Origin: Guillardia theta CCMP2712
Lineage: Eukaryota; Protista; Cryptophyta
DNA length: 64,000 nucleotides
Direction: 5' to 3'
Assembly (NCBI RefSeq): GCF_000315625.1
Contig: NW_005434618.1
Coordinates: 17,607 to 81,606 of the forward strand
Shown here: one piece after another, positions 1 through 11,459 of the stretch
Layout: each line of letters starts with the position of its first letter
How positions within the stretch are numbered: the first letter of the stretch is position 1
Notes under the pieces: generated by a model
The model's input: the letters and a program-made list of their open reading frames with translations, nothing else
Told to the model about the DNA's origin: nothing
Databases searched by the model: none
Position numbers and translations under genes: made by a program

Positions 1-2794
1 GAGAGGAGGAGAGGAGGAGAGGAGGAGAGGAAAAGATGAAGAGAGGGGAGCATAGCAGAGCATTTACGAGCAAGATAACTAGGTAAAGAAACTGAAAGCA
101 GGCAGAGACAAGTTGAGCAGGCGGAGCAGGAAGAAGCGAGAAGACGAGAGGAGAGGACACAAGGGTTGTCAGGGAGATCAATCTCACCTGCCTCCCAGCT
201 TGTCATGTTGAACGTCAAGTTACGTTGGGCATTCGAAGGGTTTCCTGAATGTCAGGTGAGAACTGCCACGTCAGCAGCAAGGGCTTTGACCGTAGACGCC
301 GAGGAGGAGGAGGAGGGAGAGGAGGGAGAGGAGCCTTGGGCAGGTTGCAGCGAGCTGACGGTGACGATACATGGAAGCGAGGAAAGGTATCCTGCTGCCT
401 GTTCTGCTCGACCCCTGACACCTGCCATGGCTGAAACAAGTCCAGACCGCATAGCGCCAACAAATCCTCCTCCTGCTCGGAACATCAGGGAACATGATAA
501 GAGAAGGAGGGAAGGAGAGGAGGGAGCGGCAATGAGGGAGTAAGAGAGGGAGGGAGGGAGGTTGTTACATCTCTTGGAACATCCTTGTCCTCGCTCCTTC
601 TCCCATCAGTCTGTTCTCAACAAACTGCAGAAAGATGTCAGAGTAGACGAGGAGAAGCTTACATGGTTCTGCTCACGTTGTTGACGATGTTGCTCTTGTT
701 CATTTCAATGTACTCTTCGATCTGTTGATCAGTGTAGAAACGCACAACTCGAATCATGTTGCCTTGCCGAACTGCAATCGATCTGTAGGCCACGATCAGC
801 ACAAGCAGTGGACAAACACACCAACTTGGTCTTCTTGTTCATCATCATCTCCATCATCATCATCATCATCATACCTGATATTTCTGGTCGATACATCAAC
901 ATGATCCTTTTCTCTCCTCATGTTGAGATGGTCAACAACATCCTCCATAGCAACGTGCGCCCGAACAAGATCCTGACTATGCTCGTCGAGAACTCCTGCT
1001 CCTGCTCCTGCTCGCTCCCTCGCTTCCTCCCACATTCTCCAGCTCGCAGAGAAATATCCAGCAACGTGTTCCACAGACACAGCTAGCATGTGATCAAACT
1101 CCTGCTGCCAATCTGCTTCCTCCCTTCCCCTCCCCACCATCCCCCGCATCTCCAGCGCGCATGCAACGATCCTGTACACGTCGTCCCGAGCTCCCAGCAG
1201 CCTCTCCCTCCTCCTCCTTCCTCCCTCCTCCTCCCTGCAGAGGAGGGATAGTAAGACGACGTGCTCCATCAGCATTGGCAGCGCATTCTTCCGCAGCAGA
1301 CACCCGCGAGCTCCCAGGGACAAGCTCAGCAGCATGTTGCAGATGGCCCGGGAGGCGTGATGGAGGCAGAGGAAGAGGTACCCCTCATCAGCCCTGTGCG
1401 AGGCCCCAACGTACCCCAGGAGGGTCAGGAGGAGATCGATTATCTTTTCGAGCACAGAGCTCTTCCCCTCCCTCCTCGTGAACACCCCGATGATTCCTTC
1501 CTCTCCGCCTTCACATAAGCTGCCAGCGAGACGGAGGAGGAGGAGGAGACAACTTTGTTTCCCCAGCGCGGCGTCGATCCTGTCCCTCGCCAACATGCTC
1601 CGACCGCCCTGCCCCAGCATCTTCCTCCTCGAGTCGCCGATGGAGCCTCTCTCCGGACGATCCGCAGGAGGAGGAGGAGAGGAAGAGAGGCGTTGGCAAG
1701 CATCCTCGTAGTCCTCCAGCATGGCGATGGCGCGGTCGAGGATCCTCAAGAACGACATGGCAACACCAGCAGCCGCTTCTCCTCCCTCTCCCTCCATCGC
1801 TCTCAGCACACGCGCCCTGCTCCTCCCGTTGCGCGTGGTGATCGCGAACATCATCATCATCCCCACCCTGTTCGCTTCCTCGGCCAGACAAGAGACCAGC
1901 CTGACTGCAAGGACGGCAAACCCGCAGGCGACAAACTTCTCCTGCACCTCCTCTAGAGTCTCGTGGGACGGGGAGGTCTTAGGGAGGACTTCCATGCTGA
2001 GCATGCTGCTCCAGACTGTCTCCACGTGCTCCCTCCTCCTCCTGTCGAACCCTCGCACTTGCTCCGCATACGGCATGAAGCAAAGAGCACCTGCCAGCTC
2101 TGCCAGACTCCTCGACGTCGTCAAGGACGTCTGACATTCATCGCTTCCGTGGACGAGCATGAAGATTGCATGCTCGGCGAGTTTCTTGACGAGGTCGAGG
2201 GAGTTGACGGTGCTCGCTATGACAGCAGCTGCTCCCTCCTGTACGTACATGCGATCTTTGTACAAGCTGATCTCCTTGCTCCTTGACAGCATCATTGCAA
2301 CATTGCAAGCTCCGCTGTTGGACGGTCTTGCCGAGTCGATCTCAACTTGGAGGGATCTGACCGGCAACGTGAACAGTCAGCAGAGAGAGGAGACAGTGGG
2401 ACCAGGTACGAAGATTGAAGGAGACAACGAAAGATGTCAGAAGGAGAGATTGGTAGAGCGAGAAGAAGAACATCTCGATGTCTCGTATGAAGTATTTCTT
2501 CAGGTAGAACAAACATGACACAATTTTGGACAGTCATCAACATCAGCAACAGCAGCAACAGCATCTTTACCTTGACAGTTGTGCATGGAAGAAAGAGAAT
2601 CCGGTCTGCAGCAGCCTGTTCAAGTCGACAGTCTCGTCTTCCTCCTCGTTTGCCTCGTCGATATCTTTGAAGAAACTCATCATCTTCCTTTGCGCCACGT
2701 TGTTGGGAGTGAGCTCCTCCAGGCGATGAAACAACTTCCAGACAACCTGCAAGGTAGATTGATATGATGGATCGCTCTTCCTCATCGACGCTAT

Positions 2795-2847
<53 letters not shown>

Positions 2848-2934
2848 CCACCACCACCACCACCACCACCACCACCACCACCACCACCACCATCATCATC
2901 GTCATCGTCATCGTCGTCGTCGTCATCATCATCG

Positions 2935-3013
<79 letters not shown>

Positions 3014-5770
3014 ACCTTCCCATCTTTCAGTCGCAGTCTCGACGTCTTCAGTATCCTATGAACATCCTCTGTGAGATGTTCAATCAAGTGCTTGTCCACC
3101 AGGTCTGCATGGTAGCTACTGCTGGAGAGCAGCATCTGAAGGAACACAAACACGTTGTCAACCATGTACTCTTTCAGCTCCCTGAACGTCTTCTTCCCTT
3201 CTAGCTCATGGTCCTGCCAGTATTTCTCAGCTCGTCACCTCCGTCGGTCAGCTGGACTTGTCCTCACCTCCCTGCTGTGCTCTAGCACAGTGCAGAACTC
3301 TGAGACGTCTCGAGCAAGCAGCCCGATCAGCCCAGCTGCCTCCTCCCCATCCCCGTCCTCTCCCTCCTCCTCCCTCCTCTCTAGCTGGGGGATCTGCCGG
3401 GTGCTGCGGGAGGGGACGAAGCTCCAGAGCTTGTGCTGCTGCTTCTCCAGCTCCGCCACCAGCTTCGCCTGCTGGGTTCGCAGGTGGAGGACGGTGAGCA
3501 GGCGGAGGAAGGCAGCTCGGAGCTTCCTGGATACTGTAAGGGGGACCCGCGGGTCGACCCTGCCATTTCTCCAGCTCCCCCTCAGCAGAGTGTCCATGAT
3601 GTAGTCGCAGGGCACGAAGGAGGAGACGCGGAGCTGGTTGATCTGGTTGTCAAGCGCGCAGTCCGCCAGCAGCTGGACCAGGGAGATGTGCGCGGCAAGT
3701 TTACCGCCGCCCCCGTCGCCGCTTCCCAGCTCGCCCTCCTCCCTCGCCGCCACCATCAGGTCGATCCTCTCCTCCCACTCCACGTCGCTCGACCCCAGCA
3801 GAGGCGCCACGTGCTGCATCCTTAGCAGCGTGTCCAGTACCCGGTCCTGCATCCTCCTGACCGGCTCCCCAGCTACGACCAGCAGGTGCCGAGCTGCCTC
3901 CAACCAGGATGCCTTCCTGTACCCGAACCTCTGCAGCAGCCCCAGCACGGCCCCTAGCACACGCTCCCCCTCCCTCTCCACTACTTCCGCATGCTCCCCA
4001 CAGATAGCAGCGAGCGAGGAAGGTGCGTCGATCCCAGCGAGGCCGATGTGGCTGAGGACGAGATGGAGGTGGTCAGCGAAGAACTCCTGGGCTAGAGGGA
4101 AACCCCAGCAGAGCCCCTGCAGGAAGAGATGCGAGCGCCGGAGGAGCTCTCGAAGGTCTGGGTCAGAGCAGGTGTCCAGCTCGAGCGGATCGTTGGAGCG
4201 GATGCGGCGGAAGGGGAGGGAGAGGAGGAGGAGGAGAAGCCGATGGGTGTCGGTCTTGAAGAAGAGGAGCTGGAGGAGGCGGACTTCCTCCTCCAGCTGG
4301 GGCCCACCATGACGATGGACAGAGAGCATGACGGTCCAGTCCTCGAGGATGCGCTTGCAGGTAGTGGTGGCGTCGAGGCGGAGGAGGGGAACGTCGGAGG
4401 AGAGGAAGGGAGCGGCTCTGCGGAAGTGAAAGATGCTGCTCCTGACGTCGAAGAACCTCCTGGCGAGCTTGAGGTCGACGATGAAGAAGGTGGAGGCAAG
4501 AGCTGTGGGGCAGTGAGAAGGGGAGGAAGTCAAGGAGGGAACAGAGCGAATGAGGAGGAGGAGGAGGAGGAGGAGGAGGAGGAGAGGCAAGGACACGGAG
4601 GGGGAGGGAGAAGAGGAGGGAGGGAGGGCGAGGACAGAGGAGGAGGAGAACGACTCACCCCGTGAGAAGCTCTCTCTCATGCTCTCAAACTTGAGGAGGA
4701 GGCGGAGCGAGCAGTCGACGAGGATGCCATCCTGATACCTGAGAAGGTCGAGGAGGATGCTCGTGTAGCGACCATGCAGGCTCGCTGAAACCTGAGGGAC
4801 AAGTGAGGAGCAGGACGAGCTTGAGGAGAAGGAGGAGGAGGAGGAGGAGGAGAAGCAAGATGCAAATTAGTTCTCACCTGTTCCGCCACCTCCTCCACTT
4901 CACTAGCCCCCCACAGAGGACTCTCCTCCCACGCTCGCATGTCCCGCGCGTACCTCAGCTGCACATTCATTTCTTCCTTCCCCGACACGGCCTTCAACGC
5001 CTTGGAGGAGGGAGGAGGAGCGGGAGGAGCGCGCGGGACCACCGACTCGAAGTCTCCCTCCCCCAGCACAGGCGCGTCAGGCCCCAGCTGGAACAGAGCA
5101 GGAGCGATGCGAGCTTGAACGAGATCCTGAGTAGAGGTCAGTCGCCGCCTTCTGCTACTTGAAAGTCACCTCCCAGGTCCTGAAGGCCGAGCTGAGGAGC
5201 AGCTGGAGTCTGCAGTCGAGGAGGAAGGAGAGGATCTCGCAGCAGACGATCTTGAGGTCCCAGCAGGGGAAGTTGTTAGAGGAGGGGAACAGCCTCGCTG
5301 CCTCCAAGAGCTGCTGAGTGGCTTGCTCCTGCTGCTCTAGACCGTCAGCCCCCAGCCCAACTCACCTTCTCCCATTCCTGAGCCATCGACCCTGCTGCTC
5401 TGCCAATCCCTCCTGTTCTTCTCTTGCTCTTCCATCTTCTTTCTCTCTTGCTCGACTACCTCCTTCCTCATAACCTTCCTAATCCTCACAAGCACTTTCT
5501 CTTGACTCCAACTCCTTGTCTCCTCTGCGTCTCCGAACCGACTCCTTCCTCCTTCCTCCTCGCCATTTTCACCTCAGCTGGTAGCTCGAATGGCAGCTGG
5601 TCTGTCCTGCCGTCCAGAAGGTCAAGTGTGATGCTCTCGAGCTGCACGAGCTTCGCCTCCTCCATCTCCTCCCTCCTCCCCGACTCCTCGTATTTGTGAA
5701 AGCAGCCGACGGTGAGCATGCGCAGACAGAGGTCGGCCAATCTGATGAGGCATGTAAGAGAGGAAACGTG

Positions 5771-5803
<33 letters not shown>

Positions 5804-8800
5804 AAGACGAACAACGAAGAACGCAATGAAAAGGACTGAAAGGAGGAAAATGAGGAGCCAGAGATTGCTGGAGGCAACATGAGGAAAAGAGGGCTGGTAG
5901 ACAGGAAACCATCGCAAGTACCTCCTCCCCCTCCCCCTTCACCTCCTCCCCCTCCCCCTCCCCTTCTCCCCCGCCCCCTCCTCCTCCTCCTCCTCTTTCA
6001 CCTCTGGGTGTAGATAGTCTTCCCGCTCAGCTCTATCTGGACGTTGGAGCACTTCTTCATCGTTGTGACCACGTGCTCCCGCAGCTCCCGCAGGTTCGAC
6101 GGGAGGTTGTGATCGATCTGGTTTGACACCCTCCAGTCAACGGCTGTCAAACTTTCCAACGCCTCTCACCGCGTCCTCCTTCCTCGCTCGGAACTTCTCC
6201 TCGTTGGCAAGAGTCTCGTGGAGCTGCAGGTGAAGGTCAGGCCCAGCTCGCTCCCAGCTCGCAGCTATCACCCTCGTCCAGGTCCGGACCAGCTGGACTG
6301 AGTCGACGGGGTGGTGAGGGTGCTTGTCTACGTAGAGGGAGCAGAGGAGGTTGGACGCGAGGGCACGGAGGATCCAGGGGAAGGCCTCATGCTTGACCAC
6401 GAACAGCAGGTCGTTGTAGGAGCACGCGAAGTGCTCTTGCTCCTGCTCGAAAAAGTCTGCGGCGAGTTTGTGGCGGCCGTAGACGACAGCAGCCATGAGC
6501 TCAAGCATGCAGAGGTAGTACTGGAAGGACTTGACCTGCGCGGGGTGAGAGAGGTGGGAGAAGGGAAGAGGGGTTGACCTGTTCGTCCTGGGAAGCTTTG
6601 TAGTCCTGGAGTGAAGGTGAGCGGAAGAAAAGAAGGAATGTGGAGGAGAGGAAGAGGAAGAGGAAGACCAGGTGGGTAAGGGAGATGGACGTCGAAAGCG
6701 AAGAGTCCCAAAGTTAAGACTTGAGATGACAGCTGGTTGGGGCAGGGGAGAAGGGAAGAGAAGGAAGGAGAAGATGAGGTAGAACTCAAGGAGAGGAGCT
6801 GAGGAGGAAGGAGAAGTGTCTCACATGTAGGAGATCGTCGTGATGGGAGAACATGGACAGACAGGACACGCTCTGCCTTTCTCCTCCTCCTCCCTCCAGC
6901 TGGACTATCAGGTCGGCTGTGAACGGGTCGCTCTCTAGAGTCGGGAGGACGTGCCGCGAGCTACAGGTCAGCTCTCTCCCGGCCTGGAACACGAGCCGCA
7001 GCACCCGCTCCTGGTTCCTCCTGATAGGCTGCCCGCTGCCTGACAGGCAAGAGGCCGATAGAAGCATCAGGATCCCTGGGGACCTCTCCTGTTTCAACAT
7101 TGAGACGCAGGAGGAGAAGAAATCGTCCCGCAGCTCGCCCACCACCTCCTCTCCCCCCCGGCAGAACTCCAGCAGGCACTCGAGCGCGAAGATGTCGTAG
7201 TTGCAGGTCATGAGGGCAGTATGGGCATGACGGATCATGGCCTTTCTAGTCCCATCGTTACCCCGCATTATCATCATCACAACCTCATAGCTTCTCCTCC
7301 CGTACTCCATCAGCGTCTTCCCTATGTGCGTGCTCTCCATCACCTCGACTGGGAACCTGAGCCGCGTGAAGATGGACTGTAGCATGCCGAAGCATACCTC
7401 CAGGAACCCCATCCTCCTCAGCACGTTCTGCAACCGTACAAACGCCACTGGAGGGACAGTGCGGACGACCCCAGCTCCGCTCGCTGCCCCCCTCCGAAGA
7501 GACCCCCGTCCTCCTCCTACTCCTCCACGAAACGCTGTTCCCCCCTCCACCTCGTTCCAGTACTCCTCCCTGTCGTGCATGCGCGCATAGTCAAACGAGC
7601 CCAGGGAGGCACGCAAGCGGTTCAGCAGCTCCTGCACCAGCAGCGAGTTCCAGGGGAGCAGGTCATACAATGCTTCCGTCACGGCATGGTGTTGAATCGA
7701 GCTCGCCGTTGACTGCCTGTCGCTCCCCCGCGTGCCGATCCTCCCGAAGTCGTACGGGCTGACCTGGAGGAGCTTCTTTGACGACTCTTCCACCGCAAGC
7801 ACGATCCCCGCCATGTCCATCACGTCACGGCTGAATCGCTCGTCCACCACCCGCACCTTCAAGGCGTCTTGGAGCTGCGACGTGCCCACTGTTCCGGTAA
7901 GAAGGGACTTGCTCTGACTCTCCTCGGACCTCTCGCGGCTGCTGAGGAAGAGGAGAGGAGGAGGGTCTGTCGCCCCCCCGCCCGGCACGGGCCAGCTAGA
8001 TAGGCAAAGGAGATCGCGCAGATCCAAGGGCTCACTGTTGTCGAACGCCTGCCCTGTGTATCGGCTCATTGTCCGCAGCAGGAACAGGCAGCTGGGATCC
8101 AGGTGGCCCTCCCTGACGACCTCGCGGGCCCCGGAGACGCAGGCACGGTCGAGGTCCCAGCGGAGGAAGAGGCCGTTGCAGGCGTCGCGAAGGAGGACGG
8201 GGCCGGAGTGATTGGTGAGGTGGAGCCGGCAGTCTAGCAAGTGCACAGGAAGGACCTGGAACATGCCCCGGCCTGCGGAAGGAAGTCAGGGGAGGCAAGG
8301 AAAGTCAGGGGAGGCAAGGAGAGACTTGGCAACACCCTCACCTGCATCGTTCATCTCCCCCCTGCCTGCTGCCCAGCTCGCTGTCCCTCCGGGAGACTTT
8401 TGAGGCTCATCTTGGGTGTGCTCGATCACAAGGGTCAAGTCGTCTTGGTTGCGAGCTAGCTCCACCACATCCCAGGCATACAGGAAGTTGGGCTGAAAGC
8501 TCTTGTCCTCCATGGATGCCCGAGACATCCGCTCCTTCCTCGTATGAGACAGCTGCAGTACTGTCACCCGCATCGCTTCCTGCGGCTCCGGCCCCAGGAA
8601 CACATGCTCGATCTCGTCGAACAGCTCGGTCAGCTCGTACTCCTCCTCCCCATGCCTGAGGCTGTCGAGGATCTTGGAGTGAGGCTGTCCAGCATTGATG
8701 AAGTACTTGGGGATGGTAACACTCTGGAAGACGAGCACGCTATCGTGCACCAGGACGTCTCCTCGCCTCATGTTCTTGCCATGTGGGCACACCACAAAGC

Positions 8801-9272
8801 AGGACGCCGTGCTCGGGTCCTGCTGGAGCCGGATGCATATCCCCTTTCCATCCTTGGTCGGCTCCTTGGTTGCAGATAGAAAGCCCTGAGACCAGCTGTT
8901 GTACAACTGAACTTGGTCGCCATACCTCACTGCTGACCCGAACCATAACTCGTTCTTCACATCTGCCAGGCGCCTCCTCGTTTCAATCTGTGTGGGATCG
9001 AGCGCAGTTCTCTCCTCCTTTTCCTCCTCCTTCGTCCCGTGAGCGAGCTGCTTCGGGCAAACGAGAAACACACACTCGTGCACCCCGGGATAGCAAACAG
9101 GCCAATCCGCTGCCCTTCCTCCCTCAGCAAACACATCGTGCCCGATGGACATGGAGCATCGCAGCCGAGACGATGACGTAGCAAACTGTAGGAGGATCTC
9201 GTCCCCATAGTGCACAGACGTCGCTCCTTGCTCTCCTCCTCCTCCTCCCTCCCGAACGCCTTCAGCTGCCAT
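1..9272 (-). CDS. Inositol 1,4,5-trisphosphate receptor-like Ca2+ channel, multi-exon; 3' part including the pore lies beyond the window start
   Basis: Exon ORFs match IP3R motifs in the right order. N-terminal beta-trefoil: VHYGDEILLQF...VRYGDQVQLYNSWSQGFL...FVVCPHGKNMRRGDVL (8286-9296). LRALASNLLCSLYVDKHPHHPVDSVQLVRTW (6137-6508), cf. IP3R [20 protein letters not shown]...YARLW. RIH-like HISLVQLLADCALDNQINQ...LRAAFLRLL (3235-4680). ATG at 9272 is inferred. Confidence 0.82.
2795..3011. repeat. Compound (CAT)n/(CAC)n microsatellite, probably intronic in the IP3R-like gene
   Basis: About 215 bp of trinucleotide repeats seen directly; they generate the poly-D/M/G ORFs in the track. Confidence 0.9.
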
Positions 9273-9334
9273 ACAAGCTTCCAACCGTCCAGTCAACAGG
9301 CTGAAAATCTACAAAGCTAATTCAATTTCAACTG

Positions 9335-10075
9335 CTGAGGCCCGCCCGCACCCGGCCCGGGCCGTCGTGACGCCCGGCCTCAGCGGCGGGCCAACCGTTG
9401 AACTTACTAAGTTAGTTGGGGGGGGGCGGGGCCGCGCAGCACGGGCCCGGGCCGGCGGGCCGGCGCCTGACCCGGCCGCGGGCGCCCGGTGGGCGGGCCG
9501 GGGAAGCCCGGGCTGACCGTACTCTCCGGGCCGAGGCTCGGATCGGCCGGGCCGTAACCGTGACCGACCGGCGGTGGCCGCAGCAGTCCGGGTCGTGGCG
9601 GCGGCCCGATACCGGGGGACCGGCGATCAGTGAGTCATGAGCCCGGCGTCGGATGGCGGCGGCACCGGGCGCGGCGCCGCCCGGGCCCGGCCGCAGTAAT
9701 ACGGTATGGCAGTGCGGCCCGCCGCCCGCATAGCCAGGCTGATCATGCGGCCGGCAGTGCCCGGCCCGGGGGGCGCCCGCGTGCCCGAGCGGCATCCGAG
9801 GAGCCCGTGCAACTGAACTTCGGAAAACTGTAGGCGGCCCTCCCCGCCCGGTCCGTCGCCGGAGTCGTCACTCAGGTGGGCCCGACCGTCCATGAGCGCG
9901 GCGGCTTCCGAAGTTTGGAATTACTAAGTTTAATTAAGGAATTAAGTTTTTGGCCAGTTGTGTTTACTCAAAGTTAAGTTAAAAATCAGTACGAGGACAA
10001 TCAGGATCTTCACTTACTAATAATTTCGCGCAGGACCATCGGAGAGTCCCGGGGGGCCCCGGCGCCATGCCACCA
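9335..10075. promoter_or_regulatory. GC-rich, palindrome-rich intergenic island ending in an AT-rich conserved motif
   Basis: Very GC-rich with CCGGGCCCGG-type motifs and TGAGTCA (9631). TTTACTCAAAGTTAAGTTAAAAATCAGTAC at 9963-9992 recurs elsewhere. Lies upstream of the IP3R-like gene; a regulatory role is inferred. Confidence 0.45.
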
Positions 10076-10826
10076 CAGCAAGCGCAACGGTGGTGACTAG
10101 TTACAGTGACCACCCCCCCGCACCCTCAAACTTCGCCTTCACGGGACCCCTCCGAGCGCCTTCTTGACTACCTGACAGTCAGCTAACCCCGCGAATTTCT
10201 TTTTACCGACTCGGTTGGGACGTAGCAGCAACAGTACCGGTACTACCACCAGATAGCCCCCTGCTAGTACCCCCACTACCCCCCGCCAAGACTTACGACC
10301 CTCCCCCTGATTTACTGCTGAGGACGGATGCGACCCTTCCATGCCAGAGGTGAACAATCGACATCCGGCGGCTGACCCCTGGGGGTCTTGAGAAGGAGGA
10401 CAGGGGGGTGGGGTCGACCAGGGTCTGGGTCCGTATTGAAGTTACTCTTAAAAGGGGGGTAGGGGTAGGGGGTGTACATTGTACGGCAGCAAACGCGGTA
10501 AAAGTTTCTTCTCCCTTCCGCCTATGTCCGTCCCTACCCCCCATTCTTACCATGACCACCCACCCTTTGCAGTGCGTATGTACTTATTTGCATTCCCCCA
10601 ACTGCGTTTCGCATCTGTAGTAGTACTTCACCCGTGCTGGCCCTGCTTCGCCCGTGCTTGCCGCTCCTGCCCTCCTCTTCCTCCCTCGAACATCTTGCAA
10701 TCCTTCTCTCCCATAGACTCTCTCGCTCGCTCTCTCCGATTCTTCCCTTGCTCCTGACCCTGCCCTGCTCCCACGAAAAAAACAACATCTTGAACACTTT
10801 TCACTCCCACAAGGCACTCTGTAGAC

Positions 10827-11459
10827 ATGGAGAGTTTCAGCCGCCTTTCGAGCACTGAGAACCTTTCCTCATGGATGCTCCCGATAAATTGTCAAGAGTT
10901 TCAGGATTTGTCTGGTGCACTGAACAAGCCCGACGACGTTCCTGTCCCCGACAACGAACAAGAACAAGAACTAGATACGAACCTGCCAACCTGCCAGATG
11001 GACGGGGATAGCTCTTCTACGGAGGAACAAGAGGACACGTCTGAGAGGAAACAAACCTCCAAGCTCACCCTCGCTGAAAAATTGAGCATCATTCGCTCCC
11101 ATGAGAGCCCCGACTGCCTTTACAAAACTCACGAAAGTCTCGCCCGCGCCTTCGGCAAGAGCCGCTCAGCCATCTCCAAACTTCTCCGACCCGAAAACGT
11201 GTACAAGCTGAAGCTGATGGAGGCGTCGGGCGTGAAGCTGACAGTGAAGCGAGCGGTGAGGCAGATTCCACAGTTCGAGGTGGCTGTCAGAACCTTCGTG
11301 CTGGGACTTGAAGGCAAGGCGCAGCGGCGACTGCGGGTGCAAGCGTTTGCGAAAGAGCTGGCGGGGAGGCTTGGGATTGACAACTTCAGCGGGGGGAGGG
11401 GGTGGTACAACGGGTTCATGAAGCGACATGGGCTTGGGGTCGGAAACCACGAGGGATGA
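10827..11459 (+). CDS. CENP-B/pogo(Tigger)-type DNA-binding protein (HTH-psq-like plus HTH_Tnp_Tc5), no DDE domain
   Basis: KLTLAEKLSII...ESLARAFGKSRSAISKLLR resembles the CENP-B N-terminal HTH. VQAFAKELAGRLGIDNFSGGRGWYNGFMKRHGL resembles the Tc5/CENP-B second HTH. Stop follows immediately. Confidence 0.8.
   Translation: MESFSRLSSTENLSSWMLPINCQEFQDLSGALNKPDDVPVPDNEQEQELDTNLPTCQMDGDSSSTEEQEDTSERKQTSKLTLAEKLSIIRSHESPDCLYKTHESLARAFGKSRSAISKLLRPENVYKLKLMEASGVKLTVKRAVRQIPQFEVAVRTFVLGLEGKAQRRLRVQAFAKELAGRLGIDNFSGGRGWYNGFMKRHGLGVGNHEG

Noticed and set aside
2292-3023. Poly-Asp/Gly and poly-Met/Val proteins
   Set aside because: These are translations of a (CAT)n/(CAC)n microsatellite within the IP3R-like gene.
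9412-9893. Arg/Pro/Gly/Ala-rich ORFs in GC islands (also 12766-13405, 23964-24349, 55177-55500, 61508-61963)
   Set aside because: Expected from stop-poor GC-rich DNA; they overlap on both strands and show no motifs.
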